NCBI GenBank assembly: GCA_951406725.2
Contig: OX597822.1
Coordinates: forward strand, 79,670,001 to 79,734,000
From: Octopus vulgaris
Taxonomy: Eukaryota
Length of the DNA: 64,000 nt
Direction of reading: 5' to 3'
The translations under genes and the position numbers were made by a program. Under the pieces are notes generated by a model. The model worked only from the letters and a program-made list of their open reading frames with translations. It searched no databases and was not told the DNA's origin. The first letter of the stretch is position 1. Every line of letters begins with the position of its first letter. Positions 47,024-59,100 of this stretch are shown in pieces.

Positions 47024-47037
<14 letters not shown>
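46814..47037. repeat. Near-perfect 224-bp palindrome (4-nt loop at 46924-46927)
   Basis: 46821 pairs with 47030 and 46921 with 46930; 2 mismatches seen. Confidence 0.92.
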
Positions 47038-47058
<21 letters not shown>

Positions 47059-48369
47059 ACTAGCTTAAGGTGACCCACTCGACGCGCGGGTATGAGTGTG
47101 GTTGTTACTTTCTGTTGCTTCCTTTCTGCTTTTTATCACCACATTCTCCCTCTTTGTTTCTCTCTCCTTTCTCTCTCACTTTCCCACTCTCTTACTCTTC
47201 CTTTCTCTCGGACTCTCCCTCGCTTTCTCTTACTCTCTATCTTTCTCTCTCACATTTATAAACAACAAAAGATCTTGAATAAGTTGAGAAAGTAAAATAT
47301 TTGGAAAGATCACTCATAAATATCAGGCAGTAACAACGGAAAGGTCTGATTCAAGGCAGACAGCAAAACACTAACATTTAAAAGGGACAGACAAACGTGC
47401 GAGCTGAATAAAAATAAAAATATATTGGAAACCAAAGTTTGAAGGGATAGAATCTGAGGATAGTAGAGTCACCATGGCTGGCATTTCTTAACGACGGACA
47501 GTAACATAGTGGCAGTTTAACGGCTGGCGTAAAACTTTGAACTTGATGTAAAAGAAAATTCCTAAACACCAAGTTTTGAAGTGATTTTTTTCTCACGACA
47601 GTAGACTCATCATGGCAAGCATTAAAAACTTCTTCATGATGGACGGCAACACATTGACGATTTAAAGGCTGGCGCAAATTTTTTGACTTGATGTAACAGA
47701 GAATTCCTACACACCCGCTCCATTAAATTTTAATCCCTTTACAGCCCCATTTAGACCTCTTTTCACATTTAACATAGGTGTGTATATTTTCAGCCCAACC
47801 GACCACGTAATGCACACATTATATATATATATATATATATATAAATACATAAATACAGATATATACACTTTGTATATATACATTATATATACATATTTAT
47901 ATATAGAACACACACATATATAAATTAACCCAATAAATATCTGATTCATAATATTTGTTCTCATGATTGTGTGGTGATAGTGGTGATGATAATTCTCTCT
48001 ATGAATGCAGAAAGACGTAGAGAGAGAGAGAGAGTGACAGCGTGGCGAAGGCGGTGGAGAAAGATAGTAGACGCTGTCAAACGACGTTATAGAGAGAATG
48101 TGAAAGGAAGGGAGGAAAGAGAGAGAGACGGAGGAAGACAGGCAGATAAAAGAATGAAAAAAGACTTGTCAAAGTGTGCGTTTTTTGCCCTAGTAACCAC
48201 ACCTTTTAAGATAAGGGTTTCTAACCTGGCCCACTCATATTTTCACCTCATTTTACATGTCCCTGTAAATTTTGGTGTCAATCCGACGGGATCTAGTGCC
48301 CTTTAACCCGTTCCAATGTCAAAACCAGACAAACAAACAAACTTTCTCATTTCAGATTTATAGATATTG
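47059..48369 (+). mobile_element. Helitron/Helentron-like non-autonomous element, family 2 copy a
   Basis: 5' ACTAG..GACCC..CGCGGGT; internal ~120-bp subrepeats; 3' (CAAA)n..TTTATAGATATTGA; followed head-to-tail by copy b. Confidence 0.65.
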
Positions 48370-49234
48370 ACTAGCTTACGGTGACCTGCTCTACGTGCGG
48401 GTATGAGTGTGGTTGTTACTTTCTGTTGCTTCCTTTCGGTTGTTTATCACCACATTCTCCCTCTTTGTTTCTCTCTCCTTTCTCTCTCCCTCTCCCGGAT
48501 TTTTCCTCGTTTTATCTTACTCTCTATCTTTCTCTATGTATCTCTCTCCCATTTATAAACAACAAAAGATCTTGAATAAGTTGAGAAAGTAAAATATTTG
48601 GAAAGATCAATCATAAATATCAGGCAGTGACAACGGAAAGGTCTGATTCAAGGCAGACAGCAAAACACTAACATTTAAAAGGAACAGACGAACTTGCGAG
48701 CTGAATAAAAATTTAAAAAATATTGGTAACCAAAGTTTGAAGGGATAGAATCTGAGGATAGTAGAGTCACCATGGCTGGCATTTCTTAACGACGGACAGC
48801 AACGTAGTGGCAGTTTAAATGCTGGCGTAAAACTTTGAACTTGATGTAAAAGAAAATTCCTAAACACCAAGTTTTGAAGTGATTCTTTCTCACGACAGTA
48901 GACTCACCATGGCAAGCATTAAAAACTTCTTCATGATGGACGGCAACACATTGACGATTTATTGCTGGCACAAATTTTTTAGCTTGATGTAACAGAGAAT
49001 TCCTAAACACCCGCTCCTGTAAATTTTAATCCACTTACAGCCCCATTTAGACCCCTTTACACATTTTGGTTAATATAACCCGATTTCATTCGGGTCTACT
49101 CGGGTCACATTTTATAAGATGAGGAAGTTTGTCCTAGAGGTCATTTTAGGAAAAAAATATTTGCTATGCAAACTCGCCAGCACTTTTAACATAGGTCTGC
49201 ATATTTTCAGCTCAACCGACCACATAATGCACAC

Positions 49235-49244
<10 letters not shown>

Positions 49245-49272
<28 letters not shown>

Positions 49273-49313
49273 ATATATATATGTGTGTTTGTGTGTGTAC
49301 GCATTATATATAC

Positions 49314-49349
<36 letters not shown>

Positions 49350-49461
49350 ATATATATATGTGTGTTTGTGTGTGTACGCATTATATATACAAATTATATA
49401 TATATATATATATATATTGTATATATATATGTGTGTTTGTGTGTGTACGCATTATATTTAC

Positions 49462-49542
<81 letters not shown>

Positions 49543-49582
49543 TTGTGTGTGTACGCATTATATATACAAATTATATATATAT
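49245..49582. repeat. Four tandem ~75-110-bp (TA)n-containing units
   Basis: Unit ATGTGTGTTTGTGTGTGTACGCATTATATATACAAATTATA(TA)n occurs 4 times. Confidence 0.85.
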
Positions 49583-51066
49583 ACTAGCAGTATCGTCCGG
49601 CGTTGGTCGGGTTTGTAAGGGAAATAACTATATAAGCATTTTTAGATAGTTATAGCCAAAAAATAGCAAAAAAAATGCATAAAAAATGGAAAAGAAATTA
49701 AGGTAATTTTTTTTTTAAATCGTTGACACATCGTAGATATTTTTAGAGAGTTACTTCCCTTATATAATAGCGAAAAAATGCATTAAAATGGAAAAATATG
49801 AAGGTAAAATTTTTTAAAATCGTAGACTCATCGTAGACGCGCGCTAATACCCAGAAGGGCTCGATATAACTCACGACTTTAAGATACCCGCTTTTGGTTA
49901 AACTGCACCGCAAAATGTGGGAGTAGTTAGGAATCTAAATCGTAAGAGACAGACACACAACTTCACTTTTATATATAAAGATATAAGCCACGTAGTTATA
50001 TACACATACTTTGTTATATACACATTCTTAAAAGAAAATGTTATTTTGAACACAACATTTATAAAGAATAAAATATTTTTTGGTTTTTCTTAACCCTTTC
50101 GTTACTATATTTCTGACCAAAATACACCCCTTATGTGTTTCAATTAATTTCTAACGTAATCATAAATTTAGTCTGGTTTCATTAAACAACTATAACTTTT
50201 TTATTTATCAATATAATAACATGAATTTTGGAAGATAATTTAATGAAATGTTCTCAACCAATTCTATACTATAATTTTTGTCACAAAGTGACTCTAATTG
50301 CAGGTAGATACAGGTAAATTCAACAAAATATAAAATTATTAAAATTTTGTTCAAACATCGCTATAGAAAATGGGTTATTAGCTAATATTCAGTTGGGTAT
50401 ACAACAAAATTTTACGATAGAATTTGTTATTATGGGTAACTTTCTGATACCCATAATAATATTTATGGCAAAATAGTCTTAATTTCATTTAAGGTTGTGG
50501 GAAATAACAAACTATCCTTTCTTTTGCTTTGTTTACGTTTAGCGTAACAGTTCGTTTCCGCCGTAATGATTTCAAATAGGCTCATTCGAAAAAGTAAAAA
50601 GAAATAGTCTAAGGCTTTACTCTTCTGGGAAAGTCTGTGGCTTGGTCCAGTTTCTTCAGAAAAATCACCGAAAGAAACAGTCTTTAAATTTTCACTCCAT
50701 TCAGGTGCCAATTCATTTTCTTTATCGCTGTCGGATTCACTGTTTTCACTTTAATCGTTGCACACTTGCAAAGAGAAAGGAGAAATTAGGGTGATAGCGT
50801 CAGTGAAACAGTTCGCTCCGTTTGTGTGTGTGGCCGTGTGCGTGTGCTGTAGCCCACACTAAGAAAAGCATTTGACATACACACCACAATGTGAGTTTTC
50901 CCTAAATTTTGCTTAATTGGGGTTGAAATTTTAAAAACTTGACCTGGCACGACCCGATGCATTCTACTCTTTAAAATGCTAGGTACATTGTAATTGAAGA
51001 AATCCTATATTGTAGATTTCTATAAGAGACAAAGGGAGGCAGATAAAATCTGCCTTTTATAATAAG

Positions 51067-51068
<2 letters not shown>
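49583..51068 (+). mobile_element. Helitron/Helentron-like element, family 1 copy 2
   Basis: First ~400 bp and last ~250 bp match 8083..9260; hairpin at 51037-51055. Confidence 0.65.
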
Positions 51069-51139
<71 letters not shown>

Positions 51140-51288
51140 TAAGTAGGTGAATGAATTATCCTAGTATTGATAATTCGGTTAATCGATACCTGGGTAGCAA
51201 ATTCACGTCAGAAAACACGGTTGAAGCTACATGCCAAGGGCAGAAACCCCGTGTTCTTGTGTGGTAATTTGTGTGTTTTTTTTATATT

Positions 51289-52530
51289 AATAAATGAAAG
51301 AATGGAGTCGAACGAAGATTTTAACAAAATTCCTTTATTCTCAACACGTTTCGAAGACTGCATACTCTTAATTCCGAAGGAATAAAGGGTGCATTATGCC
51401 GTCTTCTCATCAGGAAAGACAAGGAACCTCTATCAGCCTCAAGACGAACAAAAACTTTTTTATGACTGCCTACATGGTGTCCACAGTGATAATGAGCGTT
51501 TTTTTTATAAATCCGTTATAAGCAATGACGTCAAAATTGGTTGGAAGGAGGAAGTTCTGAAAATAAGAAGGGGACAGAATGTATGCTGTACCGATGTCTT
51601 CTATATTGGTGCGACAACTTCTCGATTTTCCCAGAGAATTTCCAGGACTAAGTAAATTAGTTTGGCGTCTTAAGGACAACAATATAACTTTCAAGCTGGA
51701 TTGGTCCATATTGTCTGTATCCTTTCCTTTTGATAAGGGCAGGAAATATTGTGGCATTTGTAATTCCGAACTCTTCTATAGCCTTTTCGCCAAGTTCCCC
51801 TTGGTTAACACATTAATAGAAAAATCCTATAAATGTAAGCATTTGCAAAAACACACTTTCCACTCATATGAATGATAAATAATATAGATAACCTCTTTGG
51901 TTTTAATAATTAGTTTCACGTCTACACCACTGACATAGACAAATACTTTTATGTCTAGTCCGTTACATGAAACACTAATACTAAATATCACTGGCGTATG
52001 TTTATCTCTTCCTCTCTACCACTCCCCTTCTCTCTATCATACGCTCAATCAAACACACAGACACAAATTTGTCACCCCACTACTAAATATATTTGACAAT
52101 TGTCCCCACCACACACACAATTACACACACACACACACATAGACACAAATGCAGTTATATACACACACTCATACACACACATAAACAATCAAACTCATTA
52201 ACAAGAGCAAACACCCGCGCATTCCCATACATACAGCATACATTATGTCCCCTTCTTATTTTCAGAACTTCCTCCTTCCAACTAATTTTGACGTCATAGC
52301 TTATAACAGATTTATAAAAAAACGCTCATTATCACTGTGGACACCATGTAAGCAGTCATAAAAAAGTTTTTGTTCGTCTTGAGGCTGGTAGAGGTTCCTT
52401 GTCTTTCCTGATGAGAAGACGGCATAATGCACCCTTTATTACTTCGGAATAAAGAGTATGCAGTCTTCGAAACATGTGTTAAGAGTAAAGGAATTTTGTT
52501 AAAATCTTCGTTCGACTCCATTCTTTCATT

Positions 52531-52534
<4 letters not shown>
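51289..52534 (+). mobile_element. 5'-truncated Penelope-like element with inverted 5' pLTR
   Basis: GIY-YIG fragment (FYIGATTSRF; LSKLVWRLKD..FKLDWSI..CGICNSE..CKH) between ~288-bp inverted repeats 51289..51576 and 52246..52534. Confidence 0.85.
52395..52492 (+). ncRNA. Hammerhead ribozyme-like motif in PLE pLTR (antisense twin at 51331..51425)
   Basis: ctttc-CTGATGA-GAAGAC...GTCTTC-GAAAC-ATGT-GTT; intact core boxes and a perfect 6-bp stem II base. Confidence 0.65.
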
Positions 52535-52558
<24 letters not shown>

Positions 52559-52567
<9 letters not shown>

Positions 52568-52976
52568 TGAGAATGTGTGTCTGTCTGTCTGTGTGTTTCC
52601 CTAAAACTTGAGAACTACACAACCAATTTAATAATTAAAATCAAACTAAAGTATAATATAATCGTAACATAACAAAAGTAAAAATAGCAATTGGTATAAA
52701 ATTGCATCAAGGATTTGAACTTGAATAAGTGATTTCACATGAATGGGAATAAATTAAAAATAAAATTAGCGTTCAGAAATGGAATAGTCCTACAATTCCA
52801 GTTTGTTATATATTTTCAGCATTGTTATCACTAGCGATATCAAGATATAACTTTGTATTTTGTATTTTATGTGTAGATGTATATATATAGATGTACATGT
52901 AATATGTACACATATATATACACATATATACATGCACTAGCACTATGACCCGGCAAAGACGGGTCATAATGCTAGT
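52559..52976 (-). mobile_element. Helitron-like non-autonomous element, family 3
   Basis: Terminal hairpin ACTAGCACTATGACCCGGCAAAGACGGGTCATAATGCTAGT (52936-52976); (CTGT)n near the other end, next to (TA)n. Confidence 0.5.
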
Positions 52977-53938
52977 ATATATATATATAAATACAGATAT
53001 ATACACTTTGTATATATACATTATATATACATATTTATATATAGAAAACACACGCACATAAATTAACCCAATAATTATCGCCACCACCACCACACAATCA
53101 TGAGAACAAATATTTGTTCTCATGATTGTGTGGTGGTGGTGGTGGTGGTGGCGATAATAATTCTCTCTGTGAATGCAGACAGACGTAGAGAGAGAGTGAG
53201 AGAGAGAGAGAGAGGATGTGTGAGAGAGAGAGAGGGGATGTGAGAGAAAGAGTGAGAGCGCTGGCGAAGGCGGCGGGGGAAAGATAGTTAATTTATCACA
53301 CGTCGTTATAGAGAAAATGTCAAGGGAAGGGAGGAATGAGAGAGAGAGACGGAGGAAGACAGGCAGGTAAGAGAATGAGAGTAACGAAAAAAGACTTGTC
53401 AAAGTGTGGTTTTTTTTGCCGTAGTAACCACAGCTTTTGAGATAGGGATTTCTAACCTAGCCCACTCACATCCTCATCTCATTTTACATGTCCCTGTAAA
53501 TTTCGGAGCAAATCCGACGGGATCTAGTGCCCTTTAACCCGTTCCAATGCCAAAACCAGGCAAACAAACTTTTCGCATTTGAGATTTATAGATATTGATA
53601 AAAGAAAGATTGCATGTGTCGGTGTGTATGTGCATTTCAAAACGGATTTACCGATTTTCACGTTGGCTTCCAACTATATCATATTTTCATTCACATATTT
53701 GCATTACAAGAGGACTAATAGTTCAACTAATGACTTTCCAGATGATGTAAAACTTGCCACCATTATATACTAAGAAGATATTTAAACTACTTTTTGTTTT
53801 TTATGTGTGCATGGTAGTCTCATTTTCATAAAATGTGCTCAGCAGTCCATACTATGTAAGCGAAAATACCAGCGCTTTATGGGTTAATTAATTTAGGTGA
53901 AAACCATTCTAGACGATTTGTTACACTTTGTAAGTATC

Positions 53939-54340
53939 TACTTCTTTACTACAAGGGGCCAAACAAACAAGAACAGACAAACCGATGAAGTCGATTATAT
54001 TGACCCCCAGTGCGTAACTGGTACTTATTTAATCGACCCCGAAAGGATGAAAGGCAAAGTCGATCTCGGCGGAATTTGAACTCAGAACGTAACGGCAGAC
54101 AAAATACCTATTTCTTTACTACCCACAAGGGCTAAACATAGAGGGGACAAACAAGGACAGACACACGAATTAAGTCGATTACATCGAACCCAGTGCGTAA
54201 CTGGTACTTATTTAATCGACCCCGAAAGGATGAAAGGCAAAGTCGACCTCGGCGGAATTTGAACTCGGAACGTAACGGCAGACGAAATACGGCTACGTAT
54301 TTCGCCCGGCGCGCTAACGTTTCTGCCAGCTTGCCGCCTT
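53939..54340 (-). mobile_element. Dimeric tRNA-SINE (family of 4447..4678) with 18-bp TSD
   Basis: TTACACTTTGTAAGTATC at 53921-53938 and 54341-54358 flanks one full monomer and one 5'-truncated monomer. Confidence 0.88.
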
Positions 54341-55727
54341 TTACACTTTGTAAGTATCAAAGGGTTAAATAATTTAAAAGATGTAAGAAATTAATGCTAG
54401 GTTTAATTAATATGTACTTTTTATTGTCATATACACGGTTACGTTTGAGTGTTTATTAATTTCAAAATTGTTAGAATCAGATACTACATAATAATGGGTA
54501 AGCCGTAAAAAGAAAATATTTTAAAAATAAAGATAGAAAATAAAAAAAGACTTACTTATTATAGTCTATCACCCCTAATATTAATATTGAGCTGGACAAG
54601 TAAAGATAAACAATAGACTACTGGACAAAAAATTTTAAAATTTTCAGCGTTCCTCAAGAATAATACCGGAAATAAAATTGGCAGAAGAATAGTGGAAGAG
54701 GATATTTCAGGTTAAAACCACAAATAAATAAATAAGTGGGCACGTCTATGATTATAAAATAAAGGCTTAAAGAGGGGTCAATATATCAAGATTAATTAAA
54801 ACTTATTATTAAAATAATTTAACTAGGTTGTCTTCAAAGCTGCAAGCAGGGATTTAATATAGAGAGGAAAAACTGGGAATATTTTGTATGAGGGACGAAG
54901 ATTTAGATGAACGGTGGAGGCGCGTGGCTTAGTGGTTAGGGTGTCAGCATCATGACCGTAAGATTGTGGTTTCGATTCCTGGACCGGGAGACGCGTTGTG
55001 TTCTTGAGCAAAACACTTCATTTCACGTTGCTGCAGTCCACTCAGCTGGCAAAAATGAGTAACGCTGCGATAGACTGGTTTCCCGTCCAGCTGGGGAACA
55101 CATACGCCATTGAAACCGGGAAATCGAGCCCATGAGCCTGGCTAGGCTTTAAAAGGGCGCATTTATTTTTTAAAAATTATTTGGGGTAGTAAGTTTATCG
55201 GTAAATTAGATTCGGGATCTTTTCTGTTCTGAAGCCAGGACCACAGATCTTTCTACTTAACTAAATAATCTGAAACTTCGTATGCTGATAGAGTCTAGCA
55301 AAACAAGACACAGGTTGGAACTAGTTTATTTGAGAAAAATCTATTTTATGACTTTAATCGTAGATTAAAACTGCGAATTTTAACCAATCAGATTGTTTGT
55401 TTTCATGTGTAAAACTTGACTGCATTCTATTAGTGTGACGTAGAAAGCGCTTTTGTGACGTACTAACGTTCGGAAAACTGTAAACAAACACGGCAGACGA
55501 AATACGGCTACGCATTTCGCCCGGCGTGCTAACGTTTCTGCCAGCTCTTTGCTTTTTTAATATTAAATTTCGGCGAAGTTTCGCTTGTCGTAGCACAAGT
55601 TTTCCGTCGATTTCCGTAAAAAACTTTTATTTTTTTACATAAGTAATGAGAGTGAAAGAGACTAAGAGGAAGCGATTTTATGACGAGGGAAGTTTGTCTT
55701 TGAAGTTACCGTCTAGGGGAAGCATTG

Positions 55728-56181
55728 ATGTACATGTGTGTGTGTGTGTGTTTGATGGGGTGTGGGAGACAGTATGTTGTGTAAGTGAAGTGCTTCTGTT
55801 AGTGTGTGTGAAGAGACAGAGAGAGTAATGTGTGAAAGAGAGAGATAACTGAAATTTTTTACTCGGTGTATGTGTATATGTATGTCTGCATGTATGTGTG
55901 TATGTATCTATGTATGTATGGCCGATTCATCGTAATTACGATGAATCGGCCATACATACATACACACATACATACACACACACACATACTTACACATACA
56001 TACACACACACATACATGCAGACATACATATACACATACACCGAGTAAAAAATTTCAGTTATCTCTCTCTTTCACACATTACTCTCTCTGTCTCTTCACA
56101 CACACTAACAGAAGCACTTCACTTACACAACATACTGTCTCCCACACCCCATCAAACACACACACACACACACATGTACAT
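55728..56181. repeat. ~450-bp palindrome with zero-length loop (centre 55935/55936)
   Basis: GCCGATTCATCGTAA|TTACGATGAATCGGC; arms are reverse complements apart from microsatellite length. Confidence 0.92.
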
Positions 56182-59100
56182 GTCGCGCGTCATTTTCTGG
56201 CGACTTTTTCAATTGACAAAAAAAAATAATAAAACAAACAAAAAACATTACACAAAGAACACACATACAATCACTATTTTTGGAATTTTTTTTTGTTTTC
56301 TTTCAGCTCAACAACAGGTTTACCGACGAAATTTTCTTTCATGTCTGTGCATACAGTACACGGTTCTATAAATTTTGCTAAAAAAAAAAATGTTTTTTCC
56401 TTCTCGCACACACGCTGTTATTTCCAACAACACTTTTTGTTGGTTTTTTGGTCCTTTTCTTTTTCTCCTCTGACAGAAAAAAATGAGCTTACCTAATTTT
56501 CCTTCTTTCACTGGTGACGTCACGGTTTAGTTCGCACAGTTGGAGGCGTATTTTGCGGCACATGCGGTGCCTTCATAGCGACAATTAAATCTTTTCTTTT
56601 GTAGCATTCCTGCACCACTTGCTACTTCAGTCAGGGATCACATTACTGATCCTCATCTGGATGCGACTTATGAGGTAGTCAAATCCGAGGTTCTCCGACG
56701 GAACACTAAATCCGCGGAGTCTAAGTTTAAGCAGTTAATGCAAGATGAAGAGCTAGGAGACAGGACGCCGTCTCAGTTTTTACAGTATCTCCGTAAGCTC
56801 AGCGACACGACTGAAGACAACTCGCTCTTACGGAAGCTTTACTTCTCCCGGCTACCTCCTAATGTGCAGACCATCTTAGCCACAGCGGTTGATACCAATA
56901 CCGTGGATCAACTAGCTACCATGTCTGATAAAATTTTAGAGTTCGCTATCCAGCCAGCACCTCACCATGTCTGCACTTGCTCAGAGGTTTCCTCCTATGC
57001 ATCTTCCTCATCGCATAATGATATTTTGGAGAAACTTGCTTTTTAAACTCGCCGGATGGACGCTCTTTGGGGAGGGCGCTATAACTCTTCACGCCGTCGC
57101 AGTCGAAGCCGGTCCCACTCACGCTCGTCCGATTCCCTTTCGTCTAGCTCCGGTCTTTGTTGGTACTACACCATGTATCAGCATAAAGCCCGTAAATGCA
57201 TTCAACCTTGTACTTTCCAGTCGTCGGGAAACTACCTGCGGAGGGCTTGAGCGTGTCAAGCACTTCCAGCCAATTATCCTCAAATCGTGCATTTTTTGTA
57301 AAAGACCGCGTGCCTAACGAGTCGTTCATGGTTGACATCGGTTCTAGTTGCTCTATTTGGTCTTTGCGTCTCGCTACAGACAAGCCAAAGCGTTCAGAGA
57401 TCACCTTGCTCGCGGTCAATTGGTCTCCCATTGCGACTTACGGTCAAGTTTCCTTACATATTGACATTAATCTTCGCCGGGATTTTTGGTGAATTTTTGT
57501 CATAGCTGATCTCCCACATCCTATTCTGGGTGCGGACGTTTTGAACAATTTTAATCTATTGGTAGATGTCAGGCGACAGAGACTCTTCGACGGTTCTACA
57601 TCTTTGTCTACACCTGCAAAGGCCACTACCAATGCTGTTCTCAGTCATTCATTTTTGTTGCCACTGCTGGTGATGCATTTCATTCACTTTTAACTTCTTT
57701 CCCAGAGCTGGCAGATCAGCTATTCCAAACGGCAAAACCTACTCACTCGACCCTCCACTATATTACCATCACTGGGCCGCCTGTCTTTTCACTCCCGCGG
57801 TGACTTGCTCCTGACCGTCTTAAGAAGGTTAGGTTCAAGTTTAAGCATATACTCCAGCTTGGCCTTATTCACCCCTCCACTAGCCCTTCATTTGGCATGA
57901 AAAGGGAATTCTGATTTTCGACCGGTAGGGGATTATCGACGTTTGAATGCGGTCACTGTTCCCGATCGTTATACTATAAGAAATCTATCTCCAGGACTTC
58001 TCTAATTTGCATGGTTGTACTATTTTTTCTAAAGTCGACCTCGTTCGTGCCTATCATCAAATACTAGTCAATACTGAGGACGTACAAAAGCGGCCATCAC
58101 TACACCCTTTGGCAGCTTCGAGTTCCTTTTTTTGAGCTTCGGTTTGCGGAATGCTACGAGCACGTTCCAAAGAATTTTCGATGAAGTTGTCCGTGGACTT
58201 GATTTTACGTTCGCTTACGTTGATGACATACTCATTGCAAGCGACACGCGTGAAAATCACCTCCAACACTTAAATCAACTCTTTCAGCATCTTCGCGCCT
58301 ACAATGTGCGAATCAACCCCGATAAGTGTGCTTTCAGGTAATCCTCTCTGGAATTTCTGGGGCATTATATCAACTCAGATGTTATCAGACCTCTCTCTTC
58401 CAAAGTCGATGCATTTCACTACGCCAACTCCGTCACTTTTTGGGAGTCGTCAACTTTTACAGACGATTTATTCGTGATTATGCAGACAGCTATTGAAAGC
58501 AAATACAAAAAAGAATTCTCCTATTGCTTTATCTACTGAGGCGTTATCTGCTTTTGAGTCGATCAAGAAAGAAATAGCGTCTGTTCTGTTGCTTGCACAT
58601 CCGGTTCCCGATGCTCCTCTCTCTTTAACCGTTCATGCATCGGATTCTGCGGTAGGTGCTGTTTTGCAGCACACACCGCAGACAATCAGACTAAACCTTT
58701 GGCGTCTTTTTCTCGTCAATTAAAGCCAGCTGAACGTCGGTACATTACGTTTGATCGCGAGCTCTTGGTGATCTACCTGTCAGGATCATCCAGCTTTGGA
58801 CACTTTGGATTTAGCTTCTACCAAGTTGTCCTGTTGCAAGTATGCCTATATCCCATTTCCGTCTGCTGAAGGCACCATTCTTTGTGGCACAGCTACTGGT
58901 TAGGCCGTTTGTACCTGAGAAGCACCAGCGCTCCGTTTTTGATGCTTTGCATTCACTGTCACATCCTGGCGCCTCTGCCTCGGTGAAGTTTATTACGGCT
59001 CGGTTTTTCTGGCCTAATATGCGCCGAATGATCACCGATTGGGCACGCTCTTGAGTAAGATGCCAGCGTTCTAAAATCCACAGGCATATTCGCGCTCCTC

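Larger units (their letters stand above)
48370..53599 (+). mobile_element. Family 2 copy b, split at its internal (TA)n (5' half 48370..~49240, 3' half ~52980..53599)
   Basis: 5' half matches 47059-47820; 3' half (AAATACAGATATATACACTTTG...TTTATAGATATTGA) matches 47850-48369. Confidence 0.75.

Noticed and set aside
50090-54368. A piggyBac element bounded by TTAA-CCCTTT and AAAGGG-TTAA
   Set aside because: The ends match for only ~6 bp and the pairing conflicts with the nesting of the other elements. They are probably ends of separate remnants.
56198-56210. Primer-binding site (TGGCGAC) of the Gypsy element
   Set aside because: It is too short and not preceded by an LTR copy, so it cannot be supported.
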